Assembly (NCBI GenBank): GCA_964385315.1
Contig: CAYLOW010000001.1
Location: 1 to 63,813 of the forward strand
Origin: an uncultured Anaerolinea sp.
GTDB taxonomy: Bacteria; Chloroflexota; Anaerolineae; Anaerolineales; Villigracilaceae
Direction of reading: 5' to 3'
Length of the DNA: 63,813 nt
Under the pieces are notes generated by a model. It did not search any database. It had not been told where the DNA came from and saw only the letters and a list, made by a program, of their open reading frames with translations. Made by a program: the position numbers and the translations under genes. This document shows positions 49,725 to 59,278 of this stretch, in pieces (positions within the stretch are counted from its first letter, which is position 1; every line of letters begins with the position of its first letter).

Positions 49725-49946
49725 TTACGCTTTTTCTTCCATTTTTTCAATAACTGCATCAAGGATGCTGCGGACGGCCAGCATCATCTCTTTGCGGGCG
49801 GCACGGCGATGTTCGATAAATCCTTCGGGGAGAAGCAGCTTGGCGGCTTCCCGCATTTCCTGGCGGGCCTTTTTGTAGTGCTCGCGGGCTTCCTGGGGAA
49901 TCTCACGCTTGAATTTCTTTTCGCTGTCAGTTTTTTTGGTAGCCAT
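49725..49946 (-). CDS. Small helical hypothetical protein
   Basis: SD AAGGAG; charged amphipathic helices with an internal repeat. Confidence 0.7.
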   Translation of the reverse strand: MATKKTDSEKKFKREIPQEAREHYKKARQEMREAAKLLLPEGFIEHRRAARKEMMLAVRSILDAVIEKMEEKA

Positions 49947-49997
49947 GTCTAACTCCTTTTTTTGTGTGTCGGAATAATAACCTCCGAGCTCTGTTTA

Positions 49998-50621
49998 TTA
50001 CGGTGCGCCAGTCGCTGTAGGTGTAGTGATATCTCCAACTGTGATATTAACGGAAAGTGTATCACCAAAAAAGAGACCGTTTTGATCAGTCATTCGCCAG
50101 GTGCTTTGGATCAATCCATTTTGTCCGCCGGGGGCCACGAGTTTAATGGATAGCTCACGTTTTGCGCCGGCAGGGATCGGTTCTGTCAGGACGAGGGGAG
50201 CCCCTTCCATCGGGTTCCCGCCAAAATTGCTGAATGTGAAGCCTGGTGCCCAGGCGCATCCTCCGCTGTTTTGAACGTACCAGGTCTTGGTGAAGACCTC
50301 ATTGGCCTTTAGGTTTGTGCCATCGGGAATGGAGTGATCTTCGATCCAAAGCAGGTTATAGCAGGGATCTGCAACAGCAGGTGTGCCCAGCGTGGCGGTC
50401 ATAACAGTTGTAGCGGTCGCAGATGGTTCGACTGTCAGTGTGGGAGTGTCAGTTGGAACAGATGCCATCGCCTCGGTTAGGGATGAGGCGTAAGTCTCCA
50501 CTGCTTCGGTACGGATCGCATTAACATCTACATTTGTCTGTTGTGCGCTGTCCGTGGTGCATGATAAGAGCAGTGCTCCCAAAGTCAGAATGACAATTAT
50601 GGATAGAATTCTTGTTTTCAT
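49998..50621 (-). CDS. Lipoprotein with NBR1-Ig-like domain
   Basis: LLSC lipobox, Thr/Pro linker, IPDGT..FTKTWYVQNSGGCAW, STWRM...FFG. Confidence 0.85.
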   Translation of the reverse strand: MKTRILSIIVILTLGALLLSCTTDSAQQTNVDVNAIRTEAVETYASSLTEAMASVPTDTPTLTVEPSATATTVMTATLGTPAVADPCYNLLWIEDHSIPDGTNLKANEVFTKTWYVQNSGGCAWAPGFTFSNFGGNPMEGAPLVLTEPIPAGAKRELSIKLVAPGGQNGLIQSTWRMTDQNGLFFGDTLSVNITVGDITTPTATGAP

Positions 50622-50680
50622 GATTATAAGTATACAACATTCAGACCCTTAAGGATTTCAAAACCTTGCGACCTCAGGTT

Positions 50681-51000
50681 TTAAACTTCAATGCCAAATC
50701 AGATGCAGATAAAGTAGCCGATGATAAAACTGAATACATCCATGCCCAAACTCAGGCCTGCATTTCCACAAATCTTTCATGGAAGGATTCGCCTTTGGCA
50801 ACGGATAAGAAATAGTTGAATACCGCTTAGTTTTTTGTTCGTGTTCGTTCTTTTATTTCCGGATTTTAGCAGCATCGGGTACTTCATTTGCGATCGCTGA
50901 ATAATTCTTTCGCACACCCTCCCCGCGCATCTCCATTAACTTGATCCCAAAGGCAAGTCCAAAGATCACATTGGTCAGGTAATAACCAGGCTATGAGCGA
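50681..51000 (-). pseudogene. Decayed VIT1/CCC1 (rubrerythrin-like fused) iron transporter gene
   Basis: Hand translation across frameshifts and stops gives YYLTNVIFGLAFGIKLME / IANEVPDAAKIRK*KNEHEQK / AVFNYFLSVAKGESFHERFVEM / AGLSLGMDVFSFIIGYFICI*FGIEV*. Confidence 0.65.
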
Positions 51001-51033
51001 GGGCGGATGTGTTTCTTTTGGCTCTATGCGTTT

Positions 51034-52005
51034 CTATCCCAAAGCCTGGTATTGCATTGACGCATATCTTCCGTATGCGAAATGTTCCAGCTGGCGTTCG
51101 ATGTCGTTGAGCAGAGCGGACGCCCCGATGCGAAAGAGGTTCGGGCGCATCCACTCTTCGCCAAGCTCTTCTTTCATCAGAATTAACCAATCCAGTGATT
51201 GCTTGGCAGTGCGGATTCCACCTGCCGGTTTGAAACCAACCTTGTAGCCAGTGGCTTCATAATAGGTTCGAATAGCGCGAGTCATTGTCAGGCTGACTGG
51301 GAGGGTGGCATTGGTCGGCTCCTTGCCAGTGGAGGTTTTAATAAAATCTGAGCCCGCCTGCATGCAAACGAAACTTGCACGCATCACATTTTTCAAAGTG
51401 CCCAACTCGCCGGTTGCCAGAATGGATTTCATGTGCGCATTTCCGCAGGTTTCGCGAAAGGTCTTTACTTCCTCATACAACGCGCGCCAGTTTTGGGTAA
51501 GAACATGCTGGCGTGAGATGACAATATCAATTTCAGATGCGCCAGCCTTGACGGATGCCTCGATCTCGGCAATTTTCTGTTTGAATGGGATCAGTCCGGC
51601 GGGGAATCCAGTGGATACGGCAGCAACGGGAATACCGGAATCCTGCAGGGCGTCTACGGCGGTTTCCACCATCGAGTGATATACACAGACAGCGCCTGTG
51701 GTGACCGGTTTGTTAATACCCAAATCTTTCAGCAAGGCAGGGCGGATTGGCTGGCGGGCTTTGGCGCACAGCCGGCGCACAGTACCCGGGGTGTCATCGC
51801 CTGAGAGGGTGGTTAAGTCAATATTTTGGACAGCCTGTAGAAGCCAGGCAGCTTGATATTCCTTCTTCACCGTGCGGCGGGTGGGGATCGTGGCAGCACG
51901 CCGCTCGACAGCAGAGCGATTCACTTTGGTGTTCTCCACAGGCGCAAGATCAAATGGCAGGATCGGAATACGTTCATTTAGAAAGGTCGTAGATTTTGTC
52001 ATCAT
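51034..52005 (-). CDS. deoC: Deoxyribose-phosphate aldolase (long form)
   Basis: IDLTTLSGDDT, AVCVY, GASEIDIVI, DFIKTSTGK, GFKPAGG, FRIGAS. Confidence 0.95.
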   Translation of the reverse strand: MMTKSTTFLNERIPILPFDLAPVENTKVNRSAVERRAATIPTRRTVKKEYQAAWLLQAVQNIDLTTLSGDDTPGTVRRLCAKARQPIRPALLKDLGINKPVTTGAVCVYHSMVETAVDALQDSGIPVAAVSTGFPAGLIPFKQKIAEIEASVKAGASEIDIVISRQHVLTQNWRALYEEVKTFRETCGNAHMKSILATGELGTLKNVMRASFVCMQAGSDFIKTSTGKEPTNATLPVSLTMTRAIRTYYEATGYKVGFKPAGGIRTAKQSLDWLILMKEELGEEWMRPNLFRIGASALLNDIERQLEHFAYGRYASMQYQALG

Positions 52006-52246
52006 GTGAAAACTCCTAATGTCATCTGTATTATAAACCGTGAATTATATGATTGCGAGATGGTTACTTGCTTTTTGCCAGGTTAAGGATGCTGTAATTA
52101 TTCATACCCCCCCCGACTGGGACAATATCGCGTATGGACCATCCCACTCGCTTTGCTTTGAGGACTATGGCGGCGGCCAATACCAGGAAGTGCGGGCGGG
52201 AGAATACTGTTTCGCAATAATATAATTTGCTTGTATACTTGAAACT

Positions 52247-53260
52247 ATGCAGCCCGTTTTTGTTATTGCCGGCAAATTGAATCGCGAGTACATTTTGCCG
52301 CCTTCAGGCCAACCGGTTTTGGATTCGCCGGGCGGTAGTTTGTTATATGCTGCAGGCGGATTGGCTGTTTGGGGAGATACAAGTGCAGGCCTGCTTGGGC
52401 GTGTGAACGAGGATTATCCGCGTCAGTGGGTGGATAATCTGGAAGAGCTCGGTTTTGATACGCGTGGTATTTGCACCGTCCATGAATTAGAAAATGTTGA
52501 CTTTCGTTCGTTTGTCGCATTTACTGATTCTAATGAGCGTAATAATTCGAACGCGGTATCCCATTTTGCCCGCCGCCAGCTTGCCTTTCCAAAATCACTG
52601 CTTGGCTATCAGGTTCCGGATGAGTCACGTAAAGATCCGCATAAGCCGGAACTCGTCTCTCCCGCTGCTTTAGACACACCGAAGGATTATAGGGAGATCC
52701 GTTATGTCCATCTCTGCCCATTTGATTTTATCAGTCAGAGTCAGATGGTAAACCTCTTTCGGGGCGGATCGGACCAAATCATTAGCCTGGATCCTGATCC
52801 CGGCTACATGATTCCCGGCTTTTGGCGTGACCTGAGACTTGTCCTGCAAGGTGTTACTATTTTTCACCCATCCGAAGATGAACTGCGTGCGCTCTTTTGG
52901 GGCGAGACCAATGACTTGTGGGAAATGGCGCGAAAGATCAGCGAGTATGGTCCTCAGATCATTGTGATAAAACGGGGTTTGCAGGGACAAATGTTGTATG
53001 ATGTTACAGGAAACCATCGTTATGAAATTCCTGCATATCCATCACGCATTGCAGACCCCATTGGGGTTGGCGACGCCTTTTGCGGCGGTTTCCTTTCCGG
53101 ATTTCAAAGAACAAATAACCCCCTAATGGCAGCCTTGCATGGCAGTGTTTCCGCATCACTCAAAATTGAAGGCAGTGGTCCTTTTTATGCATTGGGAGTT
53201 TTACCTGGTCTTGCCAATGCGCGTTTGCTTTCGCTCAAAGAAATGGTGCGGGAAGTGTAA
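52247..53260 (+). CDS. PfkB family carbohydrate kinase
   Basis: PGGSLLYAAGG, IKRG, DPIGVGDAFCGG. Confidence 0.88.
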   Translation: MQPVFVIAGKLNREYILPPSGQPVLDSPGGSLLYAAGGLAVWGDTSAGLLGRVNEDYPRQWVDNLEELGFDTRGICTVHELENVDFRSFVAFTDSNERNNSNAVSHFARRQLAFPKSLLGYQVPDESRKDPHKPELVSPAALDTPKDYREIRYVHLCPFDFISQSQMVNLFRGGSDQIISLDPDPGYMIPGFWRDLRLVLQGVTIFHPSEDELRALFWGETNDLWEMARKISEYGPQIIVIKRGLQGQMLYDVTGNHRYEIPAYPSRIADPIGVGDAFCGGFLSGFQRTNNPLMAALHGSVSASLKIEGSGPFYALGVLPGLANARLLSLKEMVREV

Positions 53261-53453
53261 AAATTGTTCCGCCCTTTGTGAAAGAAAGAAATAATCCCAT
53301 AAGCAATTTCAGTCCTAATCTTTCGTCCTGGACACGGGCAATGTATTACGAAAAATTGATAGACTTGTTATGCCATCACCCGATCACGTAGTAAGAATAG
53401 TGATGCTGCCAGGGCCTCCCGATCTGTTTTCGGGAGGTCGAAAATCCATAAAA

Positions 53454-54578
53454 ATGAGTGTGCCCATGAATAATCTCTCGACCCGGGTCATCGACCTTGC
53501 CATCCAAATCCAGCAAATTCCCGCCCCTACATTTGCTGAAGGACCACGTGCAGAATTCGTGCGCCAACTTTTTCTGAAGGAGGGCTTGAAGGATGTATCC
53601 ATGGATCCATTAGGGAATGTATATGCGCGCCTGGCTGGAAAGCAGAAAATAGCCCTGCCTTTGATCGTTTCAGCGCATCTGGATACTGTCTTCCCGGCCA
53701 ACATTAATCTGCAGGTAAAACAGGATGCGGGGAGAATTGTGGCACCAGGTATCGGTGATAACTCATTGGGCGTCGCTGCGTTGTTTGGCACCCTCTGGTC
53801 TTTACGCGAGCGGAAAATGGAGTTGAAGCATGATGTTTGGCTTGTGGCAAATGCGGGCGAGGAGGGTCTGGGCGACCTTTGTGGGATGCGCAGTGTAGTG
53901 GAACGTTTTGACTCCCATGTCATCGGATATATTATTTTGGAGGGATTGGCGCTTGGACATATCTATCATCGCGCTATCGGTGTGCGGCGATATCGCATCA
54001 CAGCTAAAACTGCGGGCGGGCATTCCTGGTCGGATTATGGCCAACCATCTGCAGTGCATGAATTGGCTTCACTGGTTACCAAGTTGACAGCCATTAAATT
54101 GCCGCGTCAGCCGCGTACTACTATGAATGTCGGCACATTTGGCGGCGGGACAGGTATTAACGTACTGGCATCTGAAGCAAAATGCGAACTGGACTTACGT
54201 TCGGAAGACCCCAAGACTCTTGTGAAACTAATTCGTCAAGTGGAAAAGCTGTTGAAAGACGCAGACCGTGAAGGTGTGAGGGTCATGGCAGAGATCATTG
54301 GTGAACGCCCTGTTGGTGAAATTCCAGCCAATCATCCATTGGTTGAGCTTGCGGTAAGTTGTGTGCGTGAACAGGGATTGGGCGGAAACCTAACCATCGG
54401 TTCCACTGATGCAAATATTCCCTTGAGCCGAGGCATTCCTGCAGTAGTAATGGGAATCACCACCGGTGGCGGTGCGCATACCACGCATGAATTTATTGAT
54501 GTCGAACCAGTTAGAAAGGGGATGGATGGTCTTGTGAGACTGGTAGAGTTGGCGGGGGAAATTGGCGAAGCCTTATAA
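53454..54578 (+). CDS. M20/M28 family metallopeptidase
   Basis: SAHLDTVF, GIGDNS, GEEGLG, GGHSW, STDAN, AHTTHE. Confidence 0.9.
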   Translation: MSVPMNNLSTRVIDLAIQIQQIPAPTFAEGPRAEFVRQLFLKEGLKDVSMDPLGNVYARLAGKQKIALPLIVSAHLDTVFPANINLQVKQDAGRIVAPGIGDNSLGVAALFGTLWSLRERKMELKHDVWLVANAGEEGLGDLCGMRSVVERFDSHVIGYIILEGLALGHIYHRAIGVRRYRITAKTAGGHSWSDYGQPSAVHELASLVTKLTAIKLPRQPRTTMNVGTFGGGTGINVLASEAKCELDLRSEDPKTLVKLIRQVEKLLKDADREGVRVMAEIIGERPVGEIPANHPLVELAVSCVREQGLGGNLTIGSTDANIPLSRGIPAVVMGITTGGGAHTTHEFIDVEPVRKGMDGLVRLVELAGEIGEAL

Positions 54579-54597
54579 ATCCGATGGAGAACAAAGA

Positions 54598-54630
54598 CTT
54601 CTAAAGTATTATTGCTTTAGAAGCTTTTTT
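54598..54630. terminator. Terminator between convergent genes
   Basis: CTTCTAAAG / CTTTAGAAG stem followed by a T-run. Confidence 0.65.
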
Positions 54631-54658
54631 CCATAATGCGATTTGGCATCGGAGCTAA

Positions 54659-55843
54659 TTAGATTTTAAAGGATTCACCCATCTTTTGCTGTTTTTTAGC
54701 GTCTCTCACGAACACGAATTGCTGCCATAAGAGGTAACCGATTAATAATGTATTGATCAAAGCAGCAAGCATGAGCAAGACTGCCCCAAGCGGGGGCGAC
54801 GGCTTTTGTGGGCTAATTACAAGGAAAACAATATATGTTATGCCAGAGACCAGCTGCGCTCCTACGGCCGGAATCCATAAACGGGGAATGAAAAAGACCA
54901 AAAGGAAGGTCAGTACATCCATCAGATAAAAATAACGCTCGTGCATTTTGGGCAGCAGAAAAGGGATTATTGACACGGAGACGGCGGCACAGAGTATGAT
55001 GATTTCCCTGTTTATTTTCCTGATTTTATGCGCGTATCCCGCCGCCCATAAAAACGCAGATATCACTGTAAGCCCAATGCCGATGTATAGCCCTGGAATA
55101 TATTGTTCATTCGTTACGAATAGATACAGGTTGGGCGCTTTCATGGATAGTGACCTGAATGTCTCTGCCTGACCCGAGTACACTCCAAGTACACTTGAAA
55201 AAGACCGTCCTGCAATCAATGCTGGAATCATCATAAGGATATAAATGACCGGCATAAGAAAATAGTAATGCCAGGGGATGCGCTTCCTGAACGTCAGTAA
55301 AAGTAAAAGCGGAGAAAGAAATATTGCCTGTGCTTTGAAAGCAAATGCAATTCCAAATGAAATGAGTGCAGGGAGCGGCTTGTCCTGTAAAAGGTAAAAC
55401 AGGCTGATCAGGATAAAACAAGTATAAATTGAATCTGCCTGCCCCCATGCCGAACTATTCAATGCAATTGTGGGCAGAAGCAAAAACAAAGCAGCTGCGG
55501 TCAGGGGTATGTACTCCTCCTTTGCCTGTAATTTTACAATTTGGTAAATAAGGCGCGCGTTAAATAAATCGAATAGAACAGAGAGTATTTTAATAGCTGT
55601 GGCTTTTGAAAGAATCCCTTTTGTGAGCGTGGCGAGCACCAGCAAATAAAGGTAGGGGGGGGTATAATTTGAAAAATCCTTGCTAAGCGATGCCCAAGTA
55701 CCGTGGGCTACGATGTAGTCGTACCACGGAATCAGGTAGGTGTTCATATCCAGCGATATTACAGGGAGAAAATAGATCCTTGCTGTGATCCCGATCAGGA
55801 TTAATCCGTAAAGTAAAGTATTAATTTTATTGTTGAGGCTCAT
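54659..55843 (-). CDS. GT-C (GT87/mannosyltransferase-like) membrane glycosyltransferase
   Basis: SNYTPPYLY, WGQADSIY, AFKAQA, PKMHERYFY. Confidence 0.75.
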   Translation of the reverse strand: MSLNNKINTLLYGLILIGITARIYFLPVISLDMNTYLIPWYDYIVAHGTWASLSKDFSNYTPPYLYLLVLATLTKGILSKATAIKILSVLFDLFNARLIYQIVKLQAKEEYIPLTAAALFLLLPTIALNSSAWGQADSIYTCFILISLFYLLQDKPLPALISFGIAFAFKAQAIFLSPLLLLLTFRKRIPWHYYFLMPVIYILMMIPALIAGRSFSSVLGVYSGQAETFRSLSMKAPNLYLFVTNEQYIPGLYIGIGLTVISAFLWAAGYAHKIRKINREIIILCAAVSVSIIPFLLPKMHERYFYLMDVLTFLLVFFIPRLWIPAVGAQLVSGITYIVFLVISPQKPSPPLGAVLLMLAALINTLLIGYLLWQQFVFVRDAKKQQKMGESFKI

Positions 55844-57972
55844 GTTGTGTTTTGCAAAATCTTCTGGAATGCCCTGAGCAAAGTGCCACGCTGTTCGAAG
55901 CCTGTTTCGCTCAAATCTGCCAGTGCCAGAAATATTTTTCTGCGGCAGCGACTGAGTAATCCGCCTGTGAGTCGCGAAAGAGATATGGTTTCAGCGTTGA
56001 TCTCATCTGTGTCCATCCACATACGATCCGCTTCCCAATGGCGTGACAATACGTAGGGATGTGTCAATGGCTGGGAGAGCCGCTGCACCCATCCGCTGGA
56101 GCCTGGATCAAGCCAGAATTGCACAGTGGCAGGACGATTCATCATCAGGAAGGTGTGCGCGGGTGCGACCAGAACGGCCTCTTCGTTTTCTGTGCGCCAT
56201 GATTCCAAATATTGCGCGGCAATCACTCCATCTTCGAGCATGGCAATGTATTCCTTGCCGAGGCTAATACCTGCCTGATTTGTCATTTCATCGAAACCAG
56301 TCAGATCCAGTGCGGCGCGAAATTTTTTAATGGACTCGATCAGACTTGATGCAACGCGGACTGCATCCATGTTAAGATGAAATCCATATTCAGACTGTGA
56401 GAGCACTTCGCCGAAAAATTTCCGTAAAAAGAAATCAAATGGCTGCGGGGTTGTTTTTCGGTATTCATTGAGCCAGTTTCTTAAAATGGCATATCTTTCA
56501 CCGAGTGCGTAAGTCATGCGTTCCTGTATTTCCGGTTTGATTTCTTCAAAAGCAGAAAGCTGTATGTCTTTTTGATGGTAAACGATTTCGGTTAATAACT
56601 GTGCTCGGATCAGGTCTGTATTCAGCGCAAACATGAACGCATGAGTAATGTCATATTTCGTGGGACGTACGTTCCAGTGGGGATGCGCCAGCGCTGAGAG
56701 GGTGAGCAATGTTTTACTGGCGGGTTCATCGCGCAGTGAGCGGGAAGGACGATGAGATCGCCAGGGAATCCCTGCTGTTTCCAACCGATGGGATATTGAG
56801 AAGCGCAGCGCATCTGATAGGAAAGGTGTCAATACCACAATCTCGGACGGGGATATGCCGTCATCTTCAATAAGTGATTTGATCCTGGCGACAACCATAT
56901 CGAGCATTTCTGGATAATAGTGCGTCAGGACAAATTCCAGGGTGTTATTTGGGATCACATTTTCAACTTCATTGTGGGTGATCGCTGATACCAGCATATC
57001 CGTAAGTTGAATAATTTCACCGGATGATACAAAGCTTTCTCCAAATTCAATTTTTTCATCGCAGGCATCACTCAAGGCAAACCCTGTTATCGCGTCGCCG
57101 CCGAGAAAATAGCGATACCCGGCGTCTGTATCGTAGATTAGCAATGCCGAGTCAAAATCCGCGAGCCATTCGTTTATGATGTCGTGAGAGCGCGGGCTGT
57201 CTTCTTCCACATTGTCATAGATCAGGTGATGATAAGTACGTTTAAGATAGTCCATTACCTGTGTCTGTGGCCAAAGGATATTGGAGAAAATTTCAAGCTG
57301 CAGGGAAAAATCGAGCAGGTTATGTTCCAGGCAATACGTGCGGAAGAGAGTTGCGCATTCTTGGGCATCCTGATAGATGCGGCGCTGAACCGGGTCGCCA
57401 AACCAGGCAGCGTCCATGCGCGCGCCGATTTCAGTATAGTGAAAGCCGACGACCGCAGCTTTGTTCAAGTTGTCGAGAACCTGGGAATATAAACGGTTAC
57501 GATCAATTGTCAGTGATTGGAAATAACCCTGTTCTACTTTTGGACGCATGATGTATGCCATGTAATATTGCGCAGTTTCAAGCGTGAGAAACACAGGCGG
57601 CCGGGCCGGATTTTTGAATCCCGCCGCTTCTGCTGCGAGAGGCCAGAATAAATCACACATGCGTTTGGCAAGACCACCAATTGTGGCGGATGTTACATCG
57701 CCCCCCGCGCTGCGTTCGGGGCTGTACAGCAGGTCGAGATACGGCTCTTGCATGGTTCGCTGCGGGGTGAGCATGAGAATATCACCCGCAGGGATGCCCT
57801 GTGCCAGCAGACTACGTATCCGCTCCACACCGGCGGTTGTTTTTCCTGTCCCTGCGCGGCCAGAGACAAAGATCCGACTGTCGAGGGGAGATTCAATTAC
57901 GTGTCGTTGAATCAGGCTGAGACTCGTCCTATGAAGTTCCTCGAGGGGAAATGGAGAAGTAGGATTAGTCAT
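55840..57972 (-). CDS. UvrD/AddB-like P-loop protein, degenerate SF1 helicase
   Basis: Walker A GRAGTGKT; IYDNVEED at the Walker B position; LLDFS. Promoter TTGACA-17-TACCCT ends 6 nt before ATG 57972. Confidence 0.7.
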   Translation of the reverse strand: MTNPTSPFPLEELHRTSLSLIQRHVIESPLDSRIFVSGRAGTGKTTAGVERIRSLLAQGIPAGDILMLTPQRTMQEPYLDLLYSPERSAGGDVTSATIGGLAKRMCDLFWPLAAEAAGFKNPARPPVFLTLETAQYYMAYIMRPKVEQGYFQSLTIDRNRLYSQVLDNLNKAAVVGFHYTEIGARMDAAWFGDPVQRRIYQDAQECATLFRTYCLEHNLLDFSLQLEIFSNILWPQTQVMDYLKRTYHHLIYDNVEEDSPRSHDIINEWLADFDSALLIYDTDAGYRYFLGGDAITGFALSDACDEKIEFGESFVSSGEIIQLTDMLVSAITHNEVENVIPNNTLEFVLTHYYPEMLDMVVARIKSLIEDDGISPSEIVVLTPFLSDALRFSISHRLETAGIPWRSHRPSRSLRDEPASKTLLTLSALAHPHWNVRPTKYDITHAFMFALNTDLIRAQLLTEIVYHQKDIQLSAFEEIKPEIQERMTYALGERYAILRNWLNEYRKTTPQPFDFFLRKFFGEVLSQSEYGFHLNMDAVRVASSLIESIKKFRAALDLTGFDEMTNQAGISLGKEYIAMLEDGVIAAQYLESWRTENEEAVLVAPAHTFLMMNRPATVQFWLDPGSSGWVQRLSQPLTHPYVLSRHWEADRMWMDTDEINAETISLSRLTGGLLSRCRRKIFLALADLSETGFEQRGTLLRAFQKILQNTT

Positions 57973-58114
57973 ACTGTGAGGGTAAAGGATGCGGGGAGTT
58001 TTGTCAATAAAAAGATATAAGGTTGTGTTTGAAAATGAAGTGTTGTATAGTTGGCGTACTCTTACCCTGCGCCGCAAGGTAATTTGATCTTAACTTATTT
58101 CACAGGAGTTTCCC

Positions 58115-58588
58115 ATGCCTACGCCGATTAAACCTACAACCACAGTCAGAGGCACCTCTGCGCCTGCAAGTTCAACTTCCTTTGTCAAATTCTCAGACAA
58201 GTTGACCGATTCGATCACTGACATTACAAAGATCATTGAGCAGAATAAGGAGATGATCGATTCGATCCAGGAGATCGCGATTGAGTTGACCAGTTCCATC
58301 GGCTCGCTTCACGCACTCACTGTTAAGTATGCCCGCACGGCAAACCAGATATTGGACGTCCTGCTTCCGATTCTCAAAAACCTGCCCATCATCCCCAAGA
58401 ATGTAATGGATTTGCTCATCAACCTGGAGAGCATCACCCAGAAGATCATTGATAATGAAATGTCCACTTCCAGGACCATTACAGATGTGCGCTCCGGGCT
58501 GAACACCGGGGATGTGAATAAGATCAGAGGGCATGCCGACCAACTCAAGACAGTGACAAAGATCCTTACCGATATGCTTCCGAAGTAA
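58115..58588 (+). CDS. Hypothetical all-helical protein
   Basis: SD AGGAG, amphipathic heptad pattern, hairpin at the stop. Confidence 0.7.
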   Translation: MPTPIKPTTTVRGTSAPASSTSFVKFSDKLTDSITDITKIIEQNKEMIDSIQEIAIELTSSIGSLHALTVKYARTANQILDVLLPILKNLPIIPKNVMDLLINLESITQKIIDNEMSTSRTITDVRSGLNTGDVNKIRGHADQLKTVTKILTDMLPK

Positions 58589-58689
58589 ACTTCGGAGTCA
58601 ATTTCCGGTTTGTTTGATGCTTTGTGATGTAGTTTGCATGAAGGGCATATTAGACCTTTATTTGGATCAAGTTTCCTTGGTTAAAATCG

Positions 58690-58719
58690 TTGACAGGTAT
58701 GCCTTCTCGCAAGTATAAT
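58690..58719 (+). promoter_or_regulatory. Consensus sigma70 promoter of rplU-rpmA-rpmE
   Basis: TTGACA (58690-58695), 18 nt spacer, TATAAT (58714-58719), then a GC-rich discriminator. Confidence 0.85.
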
Positions 58720-58736
58720 ACCGCCCGCTAAATAAC

Positions 58737-58805
58737 CCAGCTTCCCCGAAGTCCGGCGTAGAGTGTAAGTTCTCCGCAGGGCGCTCGGCGAAGTGATGAC
58801 TGGAG
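58737..58805 (+). ncRNA. Candidate ribosomal-protein leader RNA upstream of rplU
   Basis: Nested pairings CCAG/CTGG, CTTC/GAAG, CCGA/TCGG; the outer stem overlaps the GGAG SD. Confidence 0.45.
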
Positions 58806-58811
58806 AAAATA

Positions 58812-59264
58812 ATGAGAATTGCAATCGTTGAAAGCGGCGGCAAGCAATACCGGGCCGTCGAAGGCTCCACCATTGACGTGGACCGCCTCGCCTACGAAGT
58901 AGGTAAAAAGTTTGACTTTGAACGTGTCCTGCTCATGGCAGACGAAGACATCGTACTGGTCGGCACGCCGACAGTGGGCGAGATTATCGTCTCTGCCACA
59001 GTGGTGGATCATGTAAAAGGTCCCAAGGTCACTTCCTTCAAATATCGCCCGAAGAAACGCATCCGTGTTAAGGGCGGTCATCGCCATTTTTACACACGCT
59101 TGATGATTAACTTTATCGGCAAGCCCGGCGAAGAACGCAAGGTTGAGGTCAAGCAGGAAGCCCCCGCCAAGGTTGAAACGGTTGAGGTGGCGGAAGAGCC
59201 AAAGGTTGAGAAGCCGAAAAAGGCTTCCAAGTCTTCGACACCCAAGAAGACTGTAAAGAAGTAA
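58812..59264 (+). CDS. rplU: 50S ribosomal protein L21 with a Lys/Glu-rich tail
   Basis: AIVESGGKQYR, VGTP, GHRHFYT. Confidence 0.97.
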   Translation: MRIAIVESGGKQYRAVEGSTIDVDRLAYEVGKKFDFERVLLMADEDIVLVGTPTVGEIIVSATVVDHVKGPKVTSFKYRPKKRIRVKGGHRHFYTRLMINFIGKPGEERKVEVKQEAPAKVETVEVAEEPKVEKPKKASKSSTPKKTVKK

Positions 59265-59278
59265 AGTGAGAGGTAGAA

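Noticed and set aside
52040-52225. 61-aa ORF between deoC and PfkB
   Set aside because: No SD or recognisable motif, and it lies in a divergent promoter region; cannot be supported.
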